From: Octopus sinensis
Lineage: Eukaryota
Length of the DNA stretch: 64,000 bases
Direction of reading: 5' to 3'
Assembly: GCF_006345805.1 (NCBI RefSeq)
Contig: NC_043003.1
Location: 78,616,001 to 78,680,000, forward strand
Shown: in pieces, positions 12,401-22,811 of the stretch
Numbering within the stretch: position 1 is the first letter of the stretch
Layout of the letters: every line of letters starts with the position of its first letter
Made by a program: the position numbers and the translations under genes
The notes under the pieces: model-generated
Seen by the model: the letters and a program-made list of their open reading frames with translations, nothing else
Told to the model about the DNA's origin: nothing
Databases searched by the model: none

Positions 12401-14326
12401 AATGGTGAAAACAGCCATACCTGCTTGCCCTTCATACTTTGAAGAACTTGAAGTAACAACAAAGGAAAAAAAAGTGCTTACAAAAATAGGAATGGTAATT
12501 TAGAGGCCACATTGTTTAAGAGTGTTGTAGTTCATTTGAAGCAGTGTAGTGCAGAAGTAGAAAATGAAAGAAAAAGGAAATAGAGAAAGTGTTTAACAAT
12601 GCAGAAAATTTTACAAAAGCTTTTATACTCTTATGTTTCAAGTGCAAAGACCTATCTTCAGAAGGAAGCAGTCCAAATAATGTGTATAACAAAATTGATT
12701 TCATTTTATCGTATTTTATCTTAAATTGCAGTTTAAAATACAAATTCAATGTAAATACACATTTCTTGGACTACTTCCTTTGTAACTAAGATATAAAGGT
12801 TTTTTTTTTTTGTAAAACTTTCTACATTGTTAGCTTTTATTTTCATTTTTTTTTTCATTTTCTATTTCTTGTTTATTAATTTTAAAATGTTTTAGGAAAA
12901 TTATATCCCCTTTTGCAAGTCTCTATCAGCATCATGTGAAATGTATGTCAACAGAAATTTTAAAAATTACAATAATCCTAATTTATAAGTAGAACTAGCA
13001 CTATCGCCCGGCGTTGCTCGGGTTTGTAAGGGAAATAACTATATAAGCATTTTTAGAGAGTTATAGCCAAAAAATAACAAAAAATGCATCAAAAATGGAA
13101 AAAAAATTATGGTTAATTTTTTTTTAAATCGTTGACTCATCGTAGACATTTTTAGAGAGTTACTTCCCTTATATAATAGCGAAAAATGCATTAAAATGGA
13201 AAAAATGGTAAATAATTTTCAAAATCGTAGACTTATCGTAGACGCGCGCTAATACCCAGAAGGGCTTGATATGAATCACGACTATAAGATACCCGGTTTT
13301 GGTTAAACTGCACCGCAAAATGTGGGAGTAGTTAGGAATCTAAATCGTAGGAGACAGACACTCACACAACTTCACTTTTATATATAAAGATATACCTTTT
13401 TAAAGTATTGTACTTTTGTGTATCTTTCTTCATTTTCAGCATGTCTGATGTGTATTCATAAATACATAGTCATTTTTGTTTCTTTTTTTTTTTCTTCTTT
13501 TTATTCTAGGTTCTTGTTGAGAAAATGGGATTTGTTGAAAGCCACAAGTTGATGGATGGACGTCTAGCTATCTGTACAGTTGCAGTCGGATTTGCAATGT
13601 TTGCACTCATTTGGGATTATTTGAAACCTTTCCCAAACTCTCGGCCTGTTCTCATTGTCTGTGTTCTCTCGTATCCTTTACTACAAAGTGGTCTTTATCG
13701 CCACACTTACACATAAATGCAGTGATAAACACACACACACACACACACACATATGTAGAGGAACATGTGGAAGGGATAGTCTCAGGAAGATGTAGGATGA
13801 AGTGGTGAGAAAGGATCTACGAATTTTGGGACTCACAGAGGAGATGACAGGGGACTGAGACTCCTGGCGGTTTACTGTGCTTGAAAAGAAAGACCAAGCT
13901 AAGTAAAAGTGTGATTACCCTTGTGTCCAGGTTCGTCCCTTGCAATTCACTCCAGTTGAGTATCCCTAATCTTGCGGGCTTGTAAGTGCTGGTGCCACAT
14001 AAAATGTACCCATGCTGGTGCTGTGTAAAAGCATCCAGTACACTCTGTAAAGTGATTGGTGTTAGGAAGGGCATCCAGCCATAAAAACCATGCCAAAACA
14101 GACATGGAGCCTGGATTGCCCTTCAGTTGGTCAGCATCTGTCAAACCATCCAACCCATGCCAGCATGGAAAAATGGACATTAAACGATGGTGATGATGAT
14201 GATATATATATATATACTTTTAATTAAAGTCAAAAAAATATTTGGCTTTAAGAACAAGCACATTACTCTGCCTTCAGTATTCGAGTACTATTATTTTTTA
14301 CCTTCTTTTGCATTTATGTGCTTACT

Positions 14327-14374
<48 letters not shown>

Positions 14375-16599
14375 ATAATATATATATATATAATTAAGAG
14401 AAGAAAATTGAGAGTTAATGGTTAATAACTAATTTATTAACAAATTGATAATCATTCCTACAATTGTTTCAATTTATACTCAACTAGCAGTAATGCCTGT
14501 CGTTGATCGGGTAATTACTTTTACTGTTTCTCAGGTTGAGAAGCTAGAAAAACGCGTATATCATATAGAAGAATAGCTTTACAGAATCCATTTGACTGCG
14601 ATGGCACTGAAAAGGCTGCAGGTTAAGTGGAACATCATTTAGTAGGAATATCAGTAATAGTCAAATGAAATTACAAATGCTGTGTCAGTGCGCAATTAGT
14701 GTTGTACTATTGCATAATTTTTGTCAGAACAAATTAGGCAATAGCACAATAGATAAAGAAAAAGCATTGCATGTCATGCATTTGTGTGGTGTTCATTTTT
14801 TGATAGTCGTTTATTAGTAGACATTTTTTTGATTAGGAATATCAGTAAGTAATAATGAAATGAAATTACAAATGCTGTTTTCAGAAATGTGTTTGCAAAG
14901 TAAGACCAACCAAAGCCTTATGGGTGGATTTGGTTGATAGAAACTGAAAGAAGCCCTAAAGTGTGTGTGTGTGTTTGTGTGCACCCATGTCTTGATGTCA
15001 CTGAATGGTTGTAAACCAGTCTTCCATAAAACTTGTCTGGCCATGGGAAAATATTACTTTTTTGGAAACAGTTGGAGGTTGATAGCAAAAGAAAGGGCAT
15101 CCAGTTGTAGAAAATCTGCTTCAACAAATTCCACCTGATCCTTACAAGCATGAAAAAAGTGGATGTTAAAACAATGGGGTGTGTGTGTTTTACGTAGTTT
15201 GAATATTTTATTTGAGAGAAAACTGATGATCTCTCTACTCACCCCTTATTTCCTTGAGAGCTCCCAATGCTCCCAATGGGGTACTACTATCCTCAGGCTA
15301 AGAACCACTGGTTTAGCTATTTCAGCCTGTAATGACATGCATAAGATCTGGTCGTCAAATTAAGTAGAGACTTCAAACTTGAAATATTCAAAGCCACAGT
15401 CGAACCAATTCTACTATATGGCTCAGAAACCTGGACGTTATCAAAGAAGCTTGAGAGGCGGTTGGATGGAACCTACACTCGCCTCCTTATGAGAGCTCAA
15501 AATCTCTCGTGGAAGCGCCATCCAACCAAAAAGCAAATATATGGGAAACTACCACCTGTGTCATCTCTTGTGAAAGGTAGGAGAGTCCAGTTTGCTGGAC
15601 ATTGTTGTAGAGCTGAAAAAGAAGTAATTTCTACTCTTCTCTGGAAGCCATCTACTCGCAATACCAGAGGGCACACACTCTCCTACCCTGATGTAATCTC
15701 CAGGGATACAGGCATCCAGCAACAGGACCTCTGTAATGCCATGATGGACCGTGAAGTCTGGCGTAGCATGGTAAATTCCATTGTCTCGACCACGGTCGAA
15801 CAATGATGATGATGATGAGCTATTTCTACTACACTAAAACAGATTTATTATGAATATGTCATTAAAATTGTGTGCTATTAATAAATAGTTCTTTCTTATC
15901 TATAATTTCTTCTTCCAGTATGCCATTCTTTATTTGACACTATTAAAATGTGAAAATATTGAAGCTCCAATTTGTCTCTCTTATCGTATCCTTATCTGAA
16001 ATATAGATATTTTTTCTTGATGGCTATTCTCACACTTTACACATCTTACAAAGAGAAAGGAATATTTCTCGTGGCACTACAGAAAGATCCTGCCGGTGTT
16101 GATCCGGATAATGTGTTAACCATTTCATCTTATCTCAAAAAGTTAGTGTGTTGTTATTTTAATACATTTCCTAATGTCATAGGATCTCTTGTTAATGTCT
16201 TATCTATCTGTGTGTTAAATTAACGTTATTGTTTTGAAGCAAGTTTAATAATAACATTGGAATATTTACTGATAGGAGGACTCAATACTGAAAGAGTCAA
16301 ATTTATAAAATCCATATTGACTTGGATTTCAGTTTCACCTTACTGCTTATTTCAGCACTCGTCAACAATTATTTTATGACATTTATATAATAAATTATAT
16401 ATATATATGCACATACATACATTGAGTACACAAAGGCGCAGGAGTGGCTGTGTGGTAAGAAGCTTGCTTACTGATCGCATGGTTCTGGGTTCAGTCCCAC
16501 TGCATGGCACCTTGGGCAAGTGTCTTCTACTATAACCTCGGGCCAACCAAAGCCTTGTGAATGGATTTGGTTGACGGAAACTGAAAGAAACCCGTCATA

Positions 16600-16630
<31 letters not shown>

Positions 16631-17004
16631 GTTTGTGTGTCTATGTTATGGGTTGGATAAAGAGGGACTTGGCCAGACAGATTTGCCATAGGAAAATCTT
16701 TTAATGTGTTTTGTGGCCAAAGAACTTCTTGAAATATTTGTATTATGGTATTAATTAAGGTTTTTTTCTTCTTCTTCATAATGAACTGCTCATTTCACTG
16801 ATTCCTTGTTTGTCTTACAGATATGACGATGTATACCAACTCATGGTTGATTATGAAAATGGTGTAAAAGGTTCCTCCAGGTCAGGAACCCTAAAGCATT
16901 CTGTGGCGAAATATTTTGATGAAAATGGTGTTCTATGTTACAATATTTACAAATCTGAATTGAAAAATCTCATTGACAAATTACTTAATAAAAAAGATGA
17001 CTGA
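6388..17004 (+). CDS. SPCS2: Signal peptidase complex subunit 2; join(6388..6420,10796..10879,13510..13670,16007..16141,16821..17004), 198 aa
   Basis: Exons join in frame (597 nt). Motifs [63 protein letters not shown] and [10 protein letters not shown] are characteristic of the SPC25/SPCS2 family. Confidence 0.95.
6848..7064 (+). mobile_element. tRNA-derived SINE family A, representative copy (more than 15 copies or fragments, e.g. 830-1050 -, 4960-5150 +, 18400-18620 -, tandem at 25290-25665 - and 26510-26925 -, 36150-36375 -, 38188-38390 +)
   Basis: GGCGGCGAGCTGGCAGAA...GAGTTCAAATTCCGCCGAGGTCGAC...GGGGTCGATAAATTAAGTACC recurring on both strands. Confidence 0.85.
9886..10077. mobile_element. 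Mariner-type MITE
   Basis: TIRs GAGGATGCTGAAAGTTCCTGGCTTT / AAAGCCAGGAACTTTTCAGTGCCCCCTC; TA flanks. Confidence 0.75.
10627..10678 (-). ncRNA. Candidate G3-C8 variant minimal hammerhead
   Basis: TTTTGTCA-GTGAACA-G-GTTGT[GGTCTCAAA]GCAAC-GAA-AATATT-T-GGGCAAA. Confidence 0.5.
10796..10879 (+). CDS. SPCS2: SPCS2 exon 2
   Basis: ttttag|TGG...AAG|GTATGT; [28 protein letters not shown]. Confidence 0.93.
12995..13390 (-). mobile_element. Non-autonomous Helitron
   Basis: 5' TC, subterminal hairpin CCCGAGCAACGCCGGG, 3' CTAG, inserted between A and T. Confidence 0.8.
13510..13670 (+). CDS. SPCS2: SPCS2 exon 3 (first transmembrane segment)
   Basis: ttctag|GTT...TC|GTATCCTTT; [54 protein letters not shown]. 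Confidence 0.93.
13671..16006 (+). other. SPCS2: U12-type (GT-AG) intron of SPCS2
   Basis: 5' site GTATCCTTT equals the U12 consensus; TCCTTA-containing branch-like site at about 15988-15996, 10-20 nt from the AG; no polypyrimidine tract. Vertebrate SPCS2 is a well-known minor-intron gene. Confidence 0.85.
15320..15818 (+). mobile_element. 5'-truncated RTE/RTEX-type LINE 3' end with (GAT)n tail, inside the SPCS2 U12 intron
   Basis: [43 protein letters not shown]...QFAGHC...[10 protein letters not shown]...[12 protein letters not shown]; one frameshift near 15361. Confidence 0.85.
16007..16141 (+). CDS. SPCS2: SPCS2 exon 4
   Basis: atatag|A TAT TTT...AA|GTTAGT; [44 protein letters not shown]. 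Confidence 0.92.
16821..17004 (+). CDS. SPCS2: SPCS2 exon 5 (to stop); AATAAA at 17074-17079
   Basis: ttacag|A TAT GAC; [14 protein letters not shown]...[34 protein letters not shown]. Confidence 0.93.
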
Positions 17005-20000
17005 TTCTTTTACTAATTATTTTCTTCATTCACTTCTTGAAATTGTAAAGTTTGACATTGGTGAAATGAGAGAAATAAATGTGAAATTACAGCTGTTGTT
17101 TATATTTTAGTGTTATTTCTTTCAAATTGAACTTGATTGATCATCATCACCCATGTTTAACGTCTGATTTCCATGCTGACATGGGTTGGACGGTTTGACA
17201 GAAGCTGAAGGACTGTTCAGGCTCCACGACTGTTTTGGTTTGGTTTCTATGGCTGTATGCCCTTCCTGATGCCAACCACTTGACAGAATGTACTGGATGT
17301 TTTTACACAGCACCAGTACAGGTGCTTTTTATGTGGACACAAGATTAGGAATGCTCAGCTGGAGAGGGTTGCAAGGGATGAGCCTGGACACAAGGCCAAC
17401 CACACTTTCACTTAGCTTGGCATTTCTTTTCAAGCATGGCAAACCACCAGGTGTCTTGGTCCCTAGTCATTCCCTCTGTGAGTCCCAATGTCTGGAGATC
17501 CTTTTTCACCACTTCATCCCATAAAATATGATCTTACAGTATAAAAGGGTCTGAGCAGAACAGATTTCTAATTAAAACAAAGCTGACATTGGAGCTCATT
17601 GAAATCCTTATACCCATTTGATCCTGTCAGACCATCCAACCCATGCCAACATGCAACATGGATGTTAAACCTTTGGAGACAGAGCCTCATTTGTAGTTTC
17701 AGTGCCAAGAAGACGGAACCCTTTTCACAAGCCCTACAGAGGGTATGCTCATATTTTTCAAAAAAAAATTATAAAAAATAAAGTAATTACTTTACATAAA
17801 TAAAACTATATATATTCTTGTAGGAAACTGAATGAACTAATACAATTTTCTTTGTTATCTAAGAGTTAAGTTATCATCATCATCATTTAGTGTCTGTTGT
17901 CCATGCTGGCATGGGTTGGATGGTTTGACCAGAGCTGGAAGGCTGCACCAGACTCCAGTCTGATTTGGCATGGTTTTTACAGCTGGATGCCGTTCCTAAT
18001 ACCAACCACTCTGAGAGTGTATTGGGTGCTTTTACGTGCCACCAGCATGGGTGTCAGATGCATGACACCAATATCTGCCATGACTATGATTTCACTTGGT
18101 TTGATGGGTCTTCTCAAGTACAGCATATTGCCAAAGGTCTCGGTCATTTGTCATTACCTCTGTAAGGCCCAGCACTTGAAAGGTGCTAGTTACGCAACAC
18201 CAACATTGCCTCAAGCATGGCCCTAGTTGATATTTTCTACTTACACCTTTTAAGGTGTAGATAGAATTCCATAGGGTGTGCACAATCAAAAACAAAATAC
18301 AGGTAAGCAGATGTGCAGGAGCATTAGATGTTAAGAACGCAAGGGAAAACATTTTCTTGAATGTTTAGGATGGTCCTTAGAGGGTAGTAGATAGTTTCTT
18401 ATTTCTTTACTGTCCACAAGGGGCTACACACAGAGGGGACAAACAGATTAAGTCAATTATATCGACCCCAATGCATAACTGGTACTTATTTAATAGACCC
18501 CGACAGGGCGAAAGGCAAAGTCGACCTCGGCAGAATTTGAACTCAGAATGTTGCGGCAGACGAAAAACCGCTAAGCATTTCGCTCGGCGTGCTAACATTT
18601 CTGCTGGCTCACTGCCTTTAGTAGATAGTTTCTGTTACCTGAGTTACTTAATTAGCAAATATGGCTGCTTGAATAAGAACAAGATGGGGAAAGTTCAGAT
18701 AGTTGTTACTTCTGTTGGCAACAAAAGGTCTCTTCTTCAGTGATGCTTGTGTGTGAACAACGTTAAATGCAGTGGATGTATGCATCCTAGAAAGGAATAA
18801 AGCTCGCATGTTCTGTTGGATATGCAATCTCAGTGTCCATGTATGACAATGTAAATGTCTTGTGAGAAAAATTAGGTATAATAGCAATCAGATACAGCAT
18901 GCAAGAGAAGACTGCTGGTTCAGTTATATGATGTACATGGATACAGATGGTTGTATGGATGGAAGCACTCCGTCGGTTACGACGAGGGTTCCGGTTGATC
19001 CGATCAATGGAACAGCCTGCTCGTGAAATTAACGTGTAAGTGGCTGAGCACTCCACAGACACGTGTACCCTTAACGTAGTTCTCGGGGATATTCAGCGTG
19101 ACACAGAGAGTGACAAGGCCAGCCCTTTGAAATACAGGTACAACAGAAACAGGAAGTAAGAGTGAGAGAAAGTTGTGGTGAAAGAGTACAGCAGGGATCA
19201 CCACCATCCCTGCCGGAGCCTCATGAGATGGTTGTATAAAGAAGTGCTAATTGCATAAAGTAGATGGTATTTGCATAAGCGGAAGACATTGGACAAGGTC
19301 ATGAAGGCTGGTTTCAAGATGTCGAACTTCATGGAGGAGATGACAAATGACCCTGAAATGATAGGCATTTTGCTATGCTTGAGAAAACCTGTCCATCACA
19401 GTTCTGAAACGTGTTTATGTCTATACACACTGGGCTTTGTACTTAATCTGTCCATCAAGCCTTTCTTATCTCTCATCTTCCTGACACTTATCTCTTCTAA
19501 TTATGGCACTGTTCAGCTATTGTAATCATATGAGAGGTAGAACCACACATCTCATCCTTTTCTATGTTATTAATGGTATCCATCCTATTTGAATGTCCAG
19601 TGCTATATCACCCATTGTATCTTTTCTCTTTTAAAGATGAGGGAGGCTTTGCTGCCATTTCTAGCAGGTTCAGCAACCACATAAATGTTTTCTTTGCTAC
19701 ATTGGAGTATTCTTGTGCTTAATAGTTGGTACTGTTTTGAGCACTGCTACTATCACTCACTTTCTGCCTTATATCACCTCTTTTTATTGCTATCCATGCA
19801 CTCTTTTTCTCCTCTACATTACTATCTACTCTATCACTCATCATTGGTATACATCACTCTCTTCCATTACTTCTTCAGTCATATTATCTCCTTTTTCTGT
19901 TGTGCCAGCCATGCTGATTCTCACCACATCATGTCAGCTATGCTGATTCGATCTTCTTAACAACAAATACAGTACATAGCTGCCCATCACTGGCTCTCTT

Positions 20001-21054
20001 CTAATATCCACTTCACACTTTATCATATTCTCCCTTCTTTCACTTTCTGTTATTCCTTTCATTCTTTCACTCTAGTTCTCTCTCTGTGTCATCACTCTCA
20101 CTTCAAATTACTATCTTGCTTACATTCTCTTGAGACAACATAGAGTAGAGTCTTGCAGGGAAAAAGATCCTCTCTAGTGTTGGTGCTATTATAAACTGCA
20201 CTCACACATTTTGGAAAGTGGTTGGGACACTGAAGAGGATCAAGAGGACTCTTTAGTCTTCCTGACGACATGACAACTTCTCTAGAGCTGGAGCTGCAAT
20301 AGAATGCACCCAATGCACTCTGTGAAGTGGATGGTTTAGGGAAGTCATCAAAATGGAATGTATATTGTTTCCAACTCATCTAGAAGGGCTGTAACTCTAA
20401 ATTGAAACTTCTTTGGACTATGATGACTCACCCAACCCATGCCAGCATGAAAAGTAGATGTAAAGTGATGATGATAATGACTAAGCACAGGCTTAGTGAA
20501 GGTGTTAAGAAGATCCCTTCATAATGATGAGAATCTGAGTTTAATCCTATCCTGCAACACTTTGACGAAATATGTTTAACTGTCATCTCTTATACTAAAA
20601 TCTTCTGAGCAAAATTCCATCGATGGAAACTGAATCAAAATTCATTGGGTGTACTATATACGTACTTCAAAGAACCAACCATGGAGAGCTGCACTAGGTT
20701 CCAGTCTGATTTGGTTTGGTTTCTATGGTTGGATGCCCTTCCTAACACCAGCCACTTATTTAGTTGTGCATTGTCTTGCAGCTTCAAAATTACAAAGATG
20801 CGATTGTTTATTTTTAGAATAACAGTGTAGAGAAGGTGTGTGAGAAGACAGGTCCAGCTGGTTTGAACATAAACATGAAACAGGTAGAATAATTTAGCTG
20901 AATATGGCAGTTTAAATGCTAAAGGGTAAAGACAACAATATAGAGAGTTACAATGATAGGACAAGTTAATAGGGATATCATCAAAGAAGCAACTGAAAAG
21001 TTAAGGGTACGAATCTCATACAATCTCTTTTTATTTTTAACATTTATTTATTTA

Positions 21055-21426
21055 CTAGCAGTATCGCTCCGTGTTTCGACCCTTTAGAATTGGAATTTTT
21101 GAAAAGTAAAAATGTTGCATTATGTAGCTTGTTATTCTCTGAACATTTTTGTGGTTGAAATACACCGAAAAATGGCAACACAACAGTAAAAAAAATCGTA
21201 AAAAATAGGGATTTTCATAGAAAAAAAGCACCTTTTTGATGTAAATAATTTTTGGCCTTAACATGGTCTGATTTTAATTTTATCTTCTACGGAATAAAGA
21301 GCAAGCCTTCTTCTATCGTACTCTCAATTTTGGTCAACTTGCGCCACAGGGTCTCGGAGGAGATAGTGTTAGTTGAAGGCTACCAAACCTGCCACATACA
21401 GACAACTTCAGCTTTATATATATAGA
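21055..21426 (-). mobile_element. Non-autonomous Helitron: same termini, different interior
   Basis: A|TCTATATATATAAAGCTGAAGTTG ... GCGATACTGCTAG|T. Confidence 0.7.
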
Positions 21427-21811
21427 TGTGTAATGCAAACATTGAAACTGTAAGCTATAGATTCATCAAATTCATTTATTTTAACATTATTTCATATCTT
21501 AATAGAAAATGAGACATTGTAAACAGGAATAAAGCTTCAGGAAAAGCATTTTAATATAATAACAAAAATGAGTATTGTTTTTTGTTTTTTTTAAATTTTT
21601 ATTTTGTTTTCTTTTATTTTTCCGTGTTCTCTCTCTTTTTAAACACTGAGCAATTATTCTGTTGCTTTTTCTTCTCTTATTAAAGCAATTTACTGTACTG
21701 AAACATGCTCTCTGCTTTTGCAATGAAACAAGTAAAAGAGATGAACCTAAAGACATCTCAAGTTAACATGAAATATATAAATGTAGCTGATTTTTCATGT
21801 AAGATTTCCAT

Positions 21812-22096
21812 TCAGTTGTGGCTGTAGTTGCTTCCATATACTTCTTCTCTGCTTAATACTCTATCACTCAGACCAGGCACAAATGTCATACCAGACTTAA
21901 ATGGGCTTCCTTTCTTAAAGTGTTTAAATCTATCGGATTTAGTTATTTTTCCAATGTTTCCAGCTTTACCGAACCTACCAAATTTACCATCTATACTGGC
22001 TCTACCAGTTCTACCAGCTTTACCAGTTCTACCGGCTTTACCAGTTCTACCGGCTTTCCGACCTTTACCAGATTTTTTAGCCTTTGCGTCGGGTGC
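21812..22096 (-). CDS. ANKMY1: ANKMY1 terminal exon (basic Gly-X-Y repeat tail, stop)
   Basis: tttttgcag|GCA; phase 0 fits the MYND exon donor; 18-nt tandem repeat at about 22005-22058; AATAAA-type signals downstream on the minus strand (about 21475). Confidence 0.7.
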   Translation of the reverse strand, partial: APDAKAKKSGKGRKAGRTGKAGRTGKAGRTGRASIDGKFGRFGKAGNIGKITKSDRFKHFKKGSPFKSGMTFVPGLSDRVLSREEVYGSNYSHN

Positions 22097-22765
22097 CTGC
22101 AAAAAAGAAGAACCGTTCAGATTTGAGATAAACAACAGCATTCTTTTATTCTTTTACTTGTTTCAGTCATTTGACTGCGGCCATGCTGGAGCACTGCCTT
22201 TATTTAAACAAATCAACCTTAGGACTTATTCTTTGTAAGCCGAGTACTTACTCTATCAGTCTGTTTTGCCAAACTGTTAAGTTACGGGGGCCTAAACACA
22301 TCAGTTGTCAAGCGATGGTGGTGGGGACAAACACAGACACACAAACATATACATGTATATATATATATACATACATATATATCATCATCATCATCATGTT
22401 GCTACACATCGCTGGTCACAATGCGTTCGCATTGTTTTAGCCTTCGAATGACGCCACCCCGCTGGCTAAGCAAGCAGGCCAAAAGAAGAAAGAGTGAGAG
22501 AAAGTTGTGGTGAAAGAGTACACCAGGGATCACCCCCCCCCCTGCCGGAGCCTCGTGGAGCTTTTAGGTGTTTTCGCTCAATAAACACTCACAACGCCCA
22601 GTCTAGGAATCGAAACCGCGATCATACGACCGCGAGTCTGCTGCCCTAACCACTAGGCCATTGTGCCTCCACATACACATACATACATATATATATATAT
22701 ACATATACATACACATACATACATATATATATATATAGATATATATATATATATTATATATATAT

Positions 22766-22811
<46 letters not shown>

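Noticed and set aside
14440-14560. GAAACAATTGTA on the minus strand, resembling a hammerhead GAAA plus palindromic stem III
   Set aside because: The upstream CTGAGAA lacks G8, and neither stem I nor stem II can be paired; at most a decayed remnant
19685-20100. Long pyrimidine-rich stretches with hydrophobic ORFs (also 11760-12000, 27420-27540, 28030-28220)
   Set aside because: Low-complexity, decayed retroelement or microsatellite sequence; no coding signal
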